DNA of 59,840 bases, the filler included, from Leucoraja ocellata (Eukaryota): NCBI GenBank assembly GCA_036785375.1. It is 2 parts of 2 records of this genome, joined end to end, with 100 filler letters (N's around TTAATTAATTAA, not from the genome) between each part and the next. Parts side by side here need not be neighbours in the genome. Positions count along the whole stretch, not along the records: positions 1 to 31,203 come from JAWMAR010003093.1; 1 more part is not named here. One strand, written 5' to 3'. Shown piece by piece: positions 12,835 to 25,438 of this stretch. Position numbers and translations under genes: made by a program. The notes below the pieces were generated by a model that was not told the origin of the DNA, did no database searches, and was given only the letters and a program-made list of their open reading frames with translations. Each line of letters starts with the position of its first letter. The first letter of the stretch is position 1.

Positions 12835-14112
12835 GTAGAGAAACTGCAGTTGTATAGGGATCTGGCGAGGCCACATCTGGAGTATTGTGTACAGTTTTGG
12901 TATCCTAATTTGAGGAAGGACATCCTTGTGATTGAGGCAGTGCAGCCTAGGTTCACGAGATTGATCCCTGGGATGGCGGGACGGTCATATGAGGGACGAT
13001 TGAAAAGACTAGGCTTATATTCACTGCAGTTTAGAAGGATGAGGGGCATTCTTATAGAAACATATAAAATTATAAAATCTGGACAAGCTAGATGCAGGAA
13101 AAATGTTCCCAATGTGGGGCGAGTCCAGAACCAGGGGCCATGGTTTTAGAATCAAAGGGAGGCCATTTAAGACTGAGGTGGGAATAAACTTTTCATCCAG
13201 AGAGTTGTGAATTTATGGAATTCCCTGCCACAGATGGTGTCCAAGTCACTGGATGAATTTAAGAGAGAGTTAGATATAGCTCTAGGGGCTAGTGGAGTCA
13301 AGGGATATGGGGAGAAGGCAGGTACGGGTTATTGATAGGGGACGATCACCCATGACCACAATGAATGGCGGTGCTGGCTCGAAGGGCCGAATGGCCTCCT
13401 CCTGCACATATTCTCTATGTTTCTATCATGTTCCGACATCATGGCATAATAGTGTCCGACTGACGATGGCGACTTACACATAGAAACATAGAATGTAGAT
13501 GCAGGAATAGGCCATTCGGCCCTTCGAGCCTGCACCGCCATTCAATATGACCATGGCTGATCATCCAACTCAGTATCCTGTACCTGCCTTCTCTCCATAC
13601 CCCTTGATCCCTTTAGCCACAAGGGCCACATCTAACTCCCTCTTAAATATAGCCAATGAACTGGCCTCAACTACCTTCTGCGGCAGAGAATTCCAGAGAT
13701 TCACCACTCCCTGTGTGAAAAAAGCTTTCCTCATCTCGGTCCTAAAGGATTTCCTTCTAATCCTTAAACTGTGACCCCTTGTTCTGGACTTCCCCAACAT
13801 CGGGAACAACCTTTCTGCATCTAGCCTGTCCAACCCATTAAGAATTTTGTAAGTTTCTATAAGATCCCCCCACAATCTTCTAAATTCTAGCGAGTACAAA
13901 CCGAGTCTATCCAGTCTTTCTTCATATGAAAGTCTTGACATCCCAGGAATCAGTCTGGTGAACCTTCTCTGTACTCCCTCTATGGCAAGAATGTCTTTCC
14001 TCAGATTAGGAGACCAAAACTGTAAGCAATACTCCAGGTGTGGTCTCACCATGACCCTGTACAACTGCAGTAGAACCTCCCTGCTCCTATACTCAAATCC
14101 TTTTGCTATGAA
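12835..14112. mobile_element. Two convergent CR1 3' fragments (+ 12835-13425; - 13478-14112)
   Basis: RPHLEYC(V/L)QFW.PNLRKDIL.IE peptides occur on both strands. Confidence 0.85.
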
Positions 14113-14668
14113 TCCACATTTGCTCACAGAATAAATAACTGTCCACTAACATCCTTCAAATGCAGTGGAAAGTCCAACACCTGGTCCGCACGGGTCCTAC
14201 ATTATGGGCACAAACGATCTCTTAAATAAATATGACGCCTGCAGTGAAAATGCAGGTTAACTAAAAGTGCAAGAGTCGCAGCAAGGTAGACTGGGAAATC
14301 GGAAATCAATCCTTGGCTTACGCGAGGTCCACTCAAGATTCTTACAATTGCAGGGAAGAAACTGTCCTTGAATCTAGTAGTTTTAATTATTTGCCTCTTC
14401 TGTCGGAGAGGAGGAGGGAGGAGAGAAAAGATCTAACGTTTGAAGAGAGCTTTGATTGTGTCAGGTGCTCTCCTGCTGCTGATGCCTTCTTGTAGATTTT
14501 CCTCTATCAGAGCACTTCCGCACACATTTCGTTTGCGTGAGATGGGGATGACAATATAACCACCGTTTTATTGGTGCCCTGCACAAAGTGACGTGAGACT
14601 CTGCCTGACGGACGCACTGAAGGTATTCAGGAGAGACAGCAAAGTTGGTGCCGCCACGGGGATCGAAG

Positions 14669-14714
14669 ATGCGCCTCATGGTACAAACTGTCATGTGGGC
14701 GACATTCATTATCA
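14669..14714 (+). CDS. Probable leader exon of TCR V segment 2 (MRLMVQTVMWATFII-S)
   Basis: 46-nt exon from ATG to A|GTAAG, phase 1, hydrophobic. A TGACGT CRE-like motif lies about 80 nt upstream. In phase with the acceptor at 15972. Confidence 0.65.
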
Positions 14715-15972
14715 GTAAGAATTTTCATTGTATTAAACAGCGGCGTTTTGCAGAAAGATGGCTTCGGTCAACTGCTGTGGCTCATTTGTTGGACCAGGCC
14801 TGCAATCCAACACGTATTCTGCGTCTCCAGTAAGACAAATATGTTTAAGAGTTTAATGGTTGAAAGAGCAATGCAATCGACATTGGAAGAGTTGCAGCTC
14901 CGTAGCATTGAAATTCCGCGTTCAAAATGTATCATGGGTGACTAAGCCGCATTCCGTGCATTGTGTTCTGTTTGGGAAGAATGCTACGGGAAGGGTGTCG
15001 TTCTGCTGGACTGCGTCTATAGATGGTTTACCCATTCCCTGAAAGCGTGTATAGATGGATTACAACGACATTGCCCGAATTTGATCGCTTGAGATATATG
15101 GAGCGGTTGGACAGTTTGAGACTTTATTCCTTGAAGCGCAGAGCTGAACTTATGGAGGTGCATTAAATTATAAGGAAAATAGATAGGATGAATGCACCGT
15201 TTTCCTTCACCAAGAGAAAGAGGTTCAATATGATTTAGATCTAGATACAGATCTAAGCGGAGTCATTTTAGAGTAATCTGAGGGGTATTTTATTACTCAA
15301 AGGGTGGTCACTAGATTGAACTTGAGCTGCCGGGTAGTTGAGGCAGGTTCTATAATTGCAGGAATTGGCAGGAAAATAATTGTTCGGCACGGACTTGTAG
15401 GGACGAGATGGCCTGTTTCCGTGCTGTGATTATTATATGGTTATATGGTTATATAATGGGCATCTGAAAAACACTTGGACAGGTACATCGAGGGGGGGAG
15501 ATATAAAGAGACGTCCGCCTATCGCGGTAACTGGGGCCCAACGTAGATGGGGCACCATAGTTGTCAAGGACGAGTTGGGTCGAAAGGTCTCTTTAATGGC
15601 AACCCCTTTCATGGTCTCTTTTATGTCTATTTGGTTCTATGGACGCCGGTAAATTATGCAGGAACGAACGGAATGTTCTTTATCAAGGAAATATGTAACG
15701 GCTCCACACCACGGGATTATAGAGCTAAATATTATAAATAAATCAAACAGATTCCAGAATAGAACACGAGGGGAGAGTGGTGTGTGATCGATGGCGGTGC
15801 ACTGGGACGAAAGAGGAAGTGAGCGTCAGCATACACTTGCCCGTCTGTGAGATATGCAAGGACTGATTATCTGCCGTAAATACAATTATTGTTGTCACAT
15901 ATTCGTTCACGGTTTTTGAGGTCAGTTTTTGATGATTTAAGTCAAATAAACTCTCCGATTAACGCGTTGCAG

Positions 15973-16272
15973 GTCGGGGTGATGCTGATTCCGTGACCCA
16001 AGAGAAGACTTCTCTGACACAAACAGAGGGGGAAAACGCCATTTTAACATGCACCTTTGCCAAGGATGGTTACAACTTGTTCTGGTACCGCCAGTACCCC
16101 AACGGTCACCCGGAGTTTCTGCTCCGGAGACACACTGGCGGACAATATGACGAGAAGGCGGATTTCGCTCGTGAGCGGTTTTCTGACGAAATTCAGCAGT
16201 CAACGAAAACATATCAGATGACTATTTCGGTACTACGGCTGTCTGACACGGCGATGTATTACTGTGCAGTCG
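15973..16272 (+). CDS. TRAV: TCR alpha/delta variable segment 2 (V exon)
   Basis: Acceptor ttgcag|GT. Reads RGDADSVTQEKTSLTQTEGENAILTC...LFWYRQYP...ADFARERFS...LSDTAMYYCAV, followed by a 23-RSS. Same family as V1. Confidence 0.92.
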
Positions 16273-16311
16273 CACAGTGTTGGGAACGGCGTGTAGACTC
16301 GTACAATAACT
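16273..16311 (+). other. 23-RSS of V2
   Basis: Consensus heptamer CACAGTG 16273-16279, 23-nt spacer, nonamer ACAATAACT 16303-16311. Confidence 0.92.
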
Positions 16312-16559
16312 GCTGCAGGTTTCTGAGGCACATCTGCTGCAGATGTTCAGCTATGTAGCTTATTGTGGCGCAGGCAGTGGCGCCGGAAACCATTTGCTGT
16401 AAGCGGAAACGCCACTACCTCCACAAGATATCTCCACTCCGTCAAAATATTGCACTAACAGCAAACTTTAACATGTGTACCACGAAATTCCACGACTTAA
16501 TAGTAAAAAGCAACGTTGTACGCAGTTGTTGATTTAACAGAGCGGCGCTGCTTTCGAAA

Positions 16560-17312
16560 TACCTCAGGCCTATTTAGACTTTTGGAGAGGTCCCCCTCCC
16601 CTCACCCCACTCACCATCAACAACAGCACAGTCACATATGTGGAGTATTTTAAGTTCCTGTGAACCATCATCTCCAAGGACTTTAAATGGGGGGCTACCA
16701 TCGACTCCACGGTCAAAAATGCACAACACAGTATGTACTTCCTACGGCACTGATGAAGCACAATCTGCCATCGGTAATGATGGTCCAATTCTATATGCCC
16801 ATCGTTGAGTCTGTCCTCGCCTTAACCATCACGGTCTGGTTTGGCGCGACATCTGGAGGCCGCAGCGAATCGTCCGATCAGCTGAGAAGGCTATTGGCAG
16901 CAACCGTCCCTCCATTGATGAACTGTACACTGCAGGGGCAGGGAAGCGAGCGGGTAAGATCATTTCTGACCCCTCTCACCCTGGCCACAACCACAACCTC
17001 TTCGAATCACTTCTCTCTGGAAGGCGACTCCGGACTGTCAAAGCTGCCACAGCCAGACATAAAAACAACTTTTTTTTTCCACGAGTAGTAGCTCTACTCA
17101 ATAACCAAAAACCTGTAACCTCCTTTTGCTCTGGTGTTTTATTTAAGTAACATGTTTAATCAATAATGTGTTGTTATTATTAATGTTTAATGTTTTATGT
17201 GTCATTCCTAACGGTCATTGTATGTCGTTGTCACTTGCGGGCGGAGCACCAAGACAAATTTCTTGTATGTGAATACTTGGCCAATAAACCTATTTATTCA
17301 TTCATTCATTCA
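16560..17312 (+). mobile_element. Rex1/Babar- or L2-like LINE 3' fragment
   Basis: FY.PIVESVL..TITVWFG peptide; AATAAA followed by an (ATTC)n tail. Confidence 0.7.
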
Positions 17313-17639
17313 TAATGAAGTTTGTATGTTTTTATTTAAACAGAGCTATGGAGAACAAATTATATATATTTACGAACAACCTCCTTGGGCTGTCACCTTT
17401 GCTACCCGATTGCTGATCCCTCTTGAATAGATGACCATTTCCAAACTCAGTTAAGGTGGATGATGATATAATTTGTACAAGAGTCGGGTGCCGAAGACAA
17501 GAGGTGAGAGATAACGGTGGGAAGGGAAACGTGTAAAAATGTATCGGAGGGCAACCATTGCAAACAGCGGGCTATGGGTTCATGGAACCAGCTCACACGT
17601 GTTGCTGGGCGACCTAGAGCAACTACAGCCTTTAAAAAA

Positions 17640-19745
17640 CTTTAACAAAGAACACTTGGAGTTGACTGGAGCATGTTATTTGAGGGAAAGCAACATCGGC
17701 CAAGTGGGATGTTTTTAAAAGTGTGCGGACGAAAGCTCACGATCTGTACGTCCCCGTTAGAGTGAAGGGGAAATCAGGAAAATGTAAGGAAGCTTGACTG
17801 ACGAGGGAAATCTAGGCGTTGTTCAAGAACAAGGAGGATGCATGACACATGTATAGACAGCAGGGATCAAGTGGAACCTTGGAGGACTTTCGGGAACTAA
17901 GGAGTAAACTGAAAAAAGGAGATCAGGAGGGCAGAAATGTGCCAGGAGATAGCTCTGGCGTTAAGCATTAAGGACAATCCCAAAATATTTTATAAACGCA
18001 TACGGGGGAAAGGGTATCTAGAGAGAGAGTGGGACCTCTCAGAAATCAAAGCGGTCACCTCTGTGTGGAGCCACAGGAGATGGACAAAGTCCTCAATGAA
18101 TATTTCTCCTCTGTATTGACCGAGGAGAAATACAATAGGCCGAGGTACTTGGGGCCAGTCAATGGGAGTGTCTAGCGAGCAGTCAGTGTTACTGTGGAAG
18201 CAGTATTGAATATACTGTCGTGTAGCCTAATCTCCAGGGCCTGATCAGATATATCCGTGGAAATTGCAGGAAACTGGAGAGGAAATTGCGGGAGCCCTGG
18301 TTGAAATTCATGAGTCATCCTTAAATACAAGAGAGATGCCGGAAGACTAGAGGGTGGCAAATGTTGTGGCTCTTTTCAAGAAGGGCTGCAGGGGAAATGC
18401 TGCGAACTCTAGGCCAGTGAGCTGAACATCTGTAGTTGGAAAGTTACGAGAGATGGATTCTGATGGACATGTTATAAAAGCATTTGGATCGGCAAGGGTT
18501 GAGTAGGGATAGTCAACATGGTCTGTACGTGGCAGGTCGTGTCTCACAAATCTGAGTGATGTTTTGAAGTTGTGACCAAAAAGGTCGACGAGGGTAGTGC
18601 TGTCGAGGTTGTGTACATGAATTTAAGTAAGGTTCTGAAAGGTTATATCTAAGAAGAGCTAGCTATATAGACAATAAATTGACTCAATGGGCAGAAGCAG
18701 AGGGTGATGGTGGATGATTGCTTTTCAGACTGGAGGCCTGTGTCTAGTGATGTACCTCAGGGGTTCGGTGCTGGGCCTGTTACTGTTTGTCATCAACATC
18801 AATGATTTGGATGAGAACATACAGGGAAATATTAGCAAGTTTGCTGATGATACAAAAGTGAGTGGTTTTTCAGATGGTGAAGACGGTTGTGAAGTATTGC
18901 AGCAGCATCTGGATCGATTGACCAGGTGGGCGGCGGAAAGTTTGATGGAATTTATTACAGAGAAGTGTGAAGTGTTTTGGGACGTCGAACAGGTACAGGA
19001 CATACACAGTAAATGGTCGGCCTCCTGGTAGTGTGGTGGAGCAGTGGGATCAAGGAGTACAGGTGCATGGTTCCTTGAAGGTCAAGTGGCAGCTTGATAA
19101 GGTGGGCAAGAAGAATTGTGGCACTTTAGCCTACATCAGTCAGAGTATTGAATATGGAAGTTGGGCGGTCATGTTGCAGTTCTATAAGACGTTGATGAAA
19201 CCGCATTTAGAATATTGTGTTCAGTTCTGGGCACCATGTTATAGCAAAGATATTTTCAAGCTTGAAACGGTTCAAAAAAGATTTACGAGGATTTTGCCAA
19301 GATGAGAGGGTGCGAGCTATAGAGAGAGATTGTGTAGACTAGGTCCCTATTCCATGTAGAATAGGAGGATGGGGATGATCTTATTGAGGTGTACAAAATC
19401 ATGAGATGAATAGATCGGGTAGATGTACAGAGTCCCTTGTCCAGACTGGGGGAATCGAAGACTAGAGGACATTGGACCAAGGTGAACGGGAAAAGATTTA
19501 GTAGGAATCCGAGCGGTAACTTTTTCAAGCAGTGGGTGTTGGATGTATGCAACAAGCTGCCAGAGGAGACAGTTGAGGCTTGGACTACCCCGTCGTTTAA
19601 GAAATAGTTGGACAGGTACATGCCTAGGACAGGTTTGAAGGGATACGGACCAAGCGGTGGCAAGTGGGACTAGTTTAGCTGGGGATGTGATGGCCTGTGT
19701 GGGCAAGTTGTGACGAAGGGCCTGTTTCCACGCTGTATCACTTTA
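17640..19745 (+). mobile_element. Degenerate CR1-type LINE (RT region to 3' end)
   Basis: GSVLG.LLFVININDLD...ISKFADDTKV and KPHLEYCVQFW; many frameshifts. Confidence 0.85.
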
Positions 19746-20278
19746 TGACGGTCTGACTGTGACTTGATCGGAATTGATGCGTTGGGCCGGCGGTCCCGTT
19801 TCCGTGTAACTCGCCTTAATTACTATTTATACCTTTTATACCTTACATTTTATTTACATTGCATCGAAGCGGCGACGTCCATTCAACCCGGGGCTAGAAT
19901 GCTCGTCGAATTAGGTGTATTTAATTGCATTCATTATCGTAAAAATGGAGTCAATGAAAGGGCGTTCACGTCGCGCCCCTGTTTCCAACAACCTTTCCAC
20001 CACCACGCACAAGACGCGCAAGAAACGCAAGACATACACCATTGTGTGCAGATTCCGAGAAGCGTGTGCAGCCCTGGCTGAACACTTTCTAATCTTGTGA
20101 TGTGGACTCGATAAGAAGAAGTCTGTAAACACGATTGTTTCGTCTTCAACCGGAATATCAAAAGAAGTAATGACGATGTTGCAATCTAATTGCTTCCCAG
20201 AGGATGATATAAGACATAAATATTCGTGTGCTCGTGTTTATTTTAGCTGATGCAGCTCCGCAATCGAAATCAGGGAAG

Positions 20279-22664
20279 ATGCACGCGCCTGGAAACGGGC
20301 CAATCTTCGCCACTTATTACACAATCCTTGCAGTCGTCGGTGTTCCAGGTAAGGCTTCGCCAGAGTTGATAAATACGTAACCGTGTCATCTGATATGTTC
20401 CGCTCCGGCCGCCTTAGTCTTCGGTTCTGCACCACAATTTTCCATAATTTGTCCCTTATCGTTGCTCTTAAAATTGCGAATTTTACACGGGGCAGCTTTG
20501 GTAACATAGAAACATAGAAATTAGGTGCAGGAGTAGGCCACTCGGCCCTTCGAGCCTGCACCGCCATTCAATATGATCATGGCTGATCATCCAACTCAGT
20601 ATCCCGTACCTGCCTTCTCTCCATACCCCCTGATCCCCTTAGCCACAAGGGCCACATCTAACTCCCTCTTAAATATAGCCAATGAACTGGCCTCAACTAC
20701 CCTCTGTGGCAGAGAGTTCCAGAGATTCACCACTCTCTGCGTGAAAAAAGTTCTTCTCGTCTCGGTTTTAAAGGATTTCCCCTTTATCCTTAAGCTGTGA
20801 CCCCTTGTCCTGGTAAGGGCGTTACTTATTATATCCAGTCTTTACATTATTACAATAATTTATTTTATGTCATAACCTATTTTCATAGTTGATTCGAAGT
20901 TCCCCTTATGTCTTACTTTTGTTGCAAACATACTTTACTGGCGCTTTCAGATTCGTCCATAAAACTCCACATATCCTGTTCCAATATGTCTTCCCTGCCT
21001 TGCTTAAAATTGTCCTGTCCATGTTAAGCTGTAAGTCATTTCAGTTATTAATTAACCTTGTCCTGTTTGAAGACAGACAAGTCAAGTGTGACGAGGCATA
21101 TGTACCAAACATATGTGGACAAGCTTTTCCCTTTGAGAATAGGGAAGATTCAAACAAGAGGACATGACTTCAGAATTAAGGGACAGAAGTTTAGGGGTAA
21201 CATGAGGGGGGACTTCTTTACTCAGAGAGTGGTAGCGGTGTGGAATGAGCTTCCAGTGGAAGTGGTGGAGGCAGGTTCATTGGTATCATTTAAAAATAAA
21301 TAGGATATGCATATGGATGAGAAGGGAATGGAGTGTTATGGTATGAGTGCAGGCAGGTGGGACTAAGGGAAAAAAAGTTGTTCGGCACGGACTTGTAGGG
21401 CCGAGATGGCCTGTTTCCGTGCTGTAATTGTTATATGGTTTATATGGTTACCATAAAAATCGTGCTTGCAACAGCATGACAGGCAACACGCACAAATATA
21501 CATACCACGTAAATTATACCAGGCAGTGAAATTCATAAGACTGCGCAATTATGTCCATCGTAGTGCACGCGATAGGCCGTAGAGCTCGGTTTCGCGTGGC
21601 CATTTGATATCAGAAACAAGTAACCATCAAACCAATAACCGCTTCACGCTCTGCATTCGTTGCAACGATATGGGATTGCACGTCTGCTCCCAAAAGCCAG
21701 TTATGAAGAGATCACCGATAGATATTATTTACATAATCCCACTCTTTTCCTTGCAGCTAACGTCCTGACGATTGCCATTCTGTCCCAGGGAAAGTGCGGC
21801 CTCTCGAAATGCATCACTCGGTACCTGGTATTCATGGCGGTGACAGATTTCCTGGTCATCGTCACGGCTGTGATATTCAGCCGCCTTCGGGCGATTTATT
21901 TTCCAGTTAGTATCTTATCCACCACGCCGGGTTGCAGTCTGATCATTGCGCTCAGCTCCGCAGCTAAAGATGCTTCCGTTTGGTTAACGGTGGCTTTCAC
22001 CTTCGATCGGTGTGTGGCGATCTGCTGCCAACAACTGAAACTGAGGTATTGCACCGAGAAAACCGCGGCCGTTGTTATTGGAACCGTTTGCTTCCTCGCC
22101 TGTTTGAGAAACGTCCCGTTTTATTTTGAATTTGAACCGATGTACATTATCGATACAGTGCCCTGGTTCTGCAGCATAAAAGAAATATTTTATACTTCCG
22201 TCGCTTGGAGAGTGTATGAATGGTCGCACCGGATGTTAAACCCATGCGTTCCTTTCTTACTGATTTTGATGCTCAATGTGCTGACGGTCAGATATATCCT
22301 GGCCGCCAACAGAGCTCGCGGTAGACTTCGGGCCCAGAACAACGGAGAGAAACAGAGGGACCCAGAGATGCAGAGCAGGAGAAAGTCCATCATTTTGCTC
22401 TTCGCCATCTCGGGCTGTTTTATTCTGCTCTGGGCCACGGACGTTGCAAATTTTCTATTTGTGCAAATCACAGCGAATAACTATGTCAGCGCCTCTAATT
22501 CCAATGACCCGAAGTTCATATTTCAAGAAGGCGGATATATGTTGCAGTTTCTCAGTTCCTGCGCCAACACATTTATCTATGCGGGGACTCAGACTAAATT
22601 CAGACAACAGCTGAAGACAACTATCCAATACCCTTTCAACATAATTAGACAACTGTTCAAATAA
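20279..22664 (+). CDS. Class A (rhodopsin-like) GPCR, GPR139/GPR142-like; 2 coding exons (20279-20348 and 21757-22664), about 325 aa
   Basis: Exon 1 MHAPGNGPIFATYYTILAVVGVP ends at G|GTAAG. Exon 2 follows ttgcag and reads ANVLTIAIL... Seven hydrophobic segments are present, with SVWLTVAFTFDR.VAIC (TM3), YCTEKTA, PCVPF (TM5), RRKSIILL (TM6) and SSCANTFIY (TM7). The frame is open to TAA at 22662-22664. Confidence 0.88.
21113..21450 (+). mobile_element. Young CR1 3' end in the GPCR intron; near-identical copy at 25915-26365
   Basis: Shared VDKLFPLRIGKIQTRGHDFRIKGQKFRG and a (TTATATGG)n tail. Confidence 0.8.
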
Positions 22665-22980
22665 TAGTCAAGACAAATACAATTGTACGAAGGGTTCATA
22701 AAGGGAAGGATATTTTCAGTCTACATTACAATTAAAAATGGTCGGGTCAATTGCGCTTCAGGGTTTGTAGTATTATTGTCACATTATTGGAAGCAATTGT
22801 TGAAACTTTGTGGAAACAGATAAAAGTGTATATCTTAGCGGAAGGAAATTGCAAAATAAAATTCCGTCAACTCGACTTTCTACGTTTTGACAAATATGAG
22901 CGTTGTTGGTCAGAGGAGCATTTACTCAACACCTTTATTTGGCTTTGACGCAACGAGTTTCTGAAACATTTCAAAGTATA

Positions 22981-23127
22981 NNNNNNNNNNNNNNNNNNNN
23001 NNNNNNNNNNNNNNNNNNNNNNNNNNNNNNNNNNNNNNNNNNNNNNNNNNNNNNNNNNNNNNNNNNNNNNNNNNNNNNNNNNNNNNNNNNNNNNNNNNNN
23101 NNNNNNNNNNNNNNNNNNNNNNNNNNN
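22981..23127. other. Assembly gap (147 N)
   Basis: Run of N. Confidence 0.99.
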
Positions 23128-24479
23128 TTTGCCCGCGAACGACGTCTCTTTATTTATTAACCAAAAATAATTTTAATCATCTATTTACAAAAACACATAC
23201 AAAAATACAAATAAACCCACCACTATAATACAAAGTAAACACATATTCCTAAATATTAAATAGCCATTTCCCCATCCTTATTGAGGATACATTCTACCCC
23301 CCGTGGTGCCCAGCGGTCCCGTTGATGATGTTATTTTCTGGATTGTCTTGCTGACGTCAGCAGAAGCCGTCAGCCGTGTAATTGAGATAGAACTCTAATG
23401 AAGTGCGTTTGCTGCCGTCCTGAGATCGCGATTGGTCTTGTCCTTCAACTTTATTCCTGGCACAATGTGTTGATGAAAATACATTATCCATCTCACGATC
23501 TCCCTGCTTACTGTCGTACTTACTTCCACTCTTCATGCAGGCGGGTTTCGAAATATACAAGAGTCCGTGGGAGACTGTAGAGATATTTACATAGATCAGC
23601 AACGGAGTCCATGTCAATGCAAATCATTTCCGAGTCGTACAAGGTATAGTTCCACATCGGAATATCAAGATGTTGAACATTGGGAACAACAGCGTTCGCA
23701 CGAATTCACATATTGAAAACAATCCCAGTCTTCCTGCTTTTTGGCACACTTTATTCCAAGCGAATAAGTACCCTGTCTATAATGAGCCGAGTCGAACACA
23801 TATCAAGATATCACACATGTTTATTACATCTACTTACAGCATGGGTCTGTAGGACATTACAGTTCCAAGGAATTACTCATACCAACTAGCATAGGCAAGC
23901 ACTTGATAATATCAAGCACATACTAGGCGGAGTCGCTACTAACAAGCACTATAAATGGCTAGTAGGAAATAACCAATCTACATCTTTCCTTTAGAAACAA
24001 AAGAAACACCAGTGGCTAAGCAATATAGGTGGACTGTTAATAACACATCTGGTTGTACTTCCCCTTTGCCCAACTTGACGCCATTTAGATAGTAATCTGC
24101 CTTCCTGTTTTTGGTGCCAAGGTGGATAACCTCACCTTTATCCGCATCTGCCATGCATCTGCCCACTCCCCCAACCTGTCCAAGTCACCCTGCATTCTCA
24201 TAGCATCCTCCTCACAGTTCTCACTGCCACCCAGCGATCTTGTCATCTGCAAACTTGCTAATGCTACTTTGAATCCATTCATCCAAATCATTGATGTATG
24301 TTGGAAATAGTTGCGGTCCCAGCACCGAGCCTTGCGCTATCCCACTAGTCACTGCCTGCCATTTTGAAAGGGACCCGTTAATCCCTACTTTGTGTTACCT
24401 GTCTGCCGACCAAATCTCTATCTATGTCAACACTCTACCCCCAATACCATGTGCCCTCATTTTCCCCACTAATCACCTA

Positions 24480-24780
24480 AAGTCATCGAATTTCGTGCAG
24501 GCGAAAACCACTGCGAACAATTCTTTTTCGATCTGGGCGTGGTGCGATGTGGTGTTCTTGGAAGTCATTATCAACAATGTTGTAGCAGGTGCAGGCTCGT
24601 CCTTGAAGCTGCTGGATTCACACGGGAACGGCAGCACCGAGCAAAGTGGTTTAACTTCTTGCAGAATTTGCAGGCGTTGTCATATGCAACACAGAACTGA
24701 CGACCCGTAGAATGGAAATAGTTGCAATTTTGACACCGAAAGTACACAATACGCGGAGTAACTACTAAGAAGAATTGTAA
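24480..24780 (-). mobile_element. Gypsy-type gag remnant (zinc knuckle)
   Basis: CQNCNYFH...C.AYDNACKFCKKLNHFARCCRS matches the CX2CX4HX4C knuckle pattern of Ty3/Gypsy gag. It adjoins a CR1 fragment (24045-24475, minus). Confidence 0.6.
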
Positions 24781-24884
24781 CTGGCTAGTAGGAAATAACC
24801 AATTTTCCTTCCTATTTCTCCAAAATGTCTCCGTTTTGTTTAAGAGCGCTCGCTGGCGAACGCTCATGGGGATCACAGAGGGTG

Positions 24885-24923
24885 GGTTTTTGTTCGAGCC
24901 TGCAGCATTTCTGCAACAGTGTG
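24885..24923 (-). other. 23-RSS of V3
   Basis: Minus strand: CACACTG (24923-24917), 23-nt spacer, consensus ACAAAAACC (24893-24885). Confidence 0.9.
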
Positions 24924-25438
24924 CGTCTCATGGCGCAGATGTACAGGGCGGAATCAGACATCACGGGGTCGCGTATCATGAACTCGGTCATCGTCGCAGT
25001 TTTATTGAACGTAGCAGAGATGCGATCGGTCACGCCCTGGTTCCTTAATACAATATTTCCCAGAACCTGAAGCAGGTACTGTGGAGAGTGAGCTGGGCGC
25101 TGTTTGTACCAGTAAACATAAGGCGTTGTATCACTGGTTTTCAGAGCACAGCTTAGTGTGACATTCCTTCCCTCTTCGAACGTAATTTCTGCTTCGGATT
25201 GTTCCACTGTATTTTGATGTGTCGAATCTAAGAGAAAATAGTGACAATGGCACAATTAGCGTCTTTGCGTGAAGCAGCATAGGTATTAACCTTCCACTGT
25301 CAACAATTAGGTTACGACATTCATTGCAAGATAGCATTTTTTACGGGCAAGAAATATCTTACTGAGAAGTGACATGGCAATGAACAGCGGGAGGAGGTGT
25401 CCGACAATAATATGTATAAATCTGTAGCTGCTCATCAT
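24924..25438 (-). CDS. TRAV: TCR alpha/delta variable segment 3 (leader 25438-25363, V exon 25227-24924)
   Basis: Leader MMSSYRFIHIIVGHLLPLFIAMSLL ends at A|GTAAG; acceptor ctcttag. Reads STHQNTVEQSEAEITFEEGRNVTLSC...YVYWYKQRP...SDSALYICAMRR, then a 23-RSS. Confidence 0.9.

Noticed and set aside
21660-21756. ORF-track N-terminus of the GPCR (MQRYGIARLL...)
   Set aside because: Intronic read-through. The true start is exon 1 at 20279, spliced to 21757.
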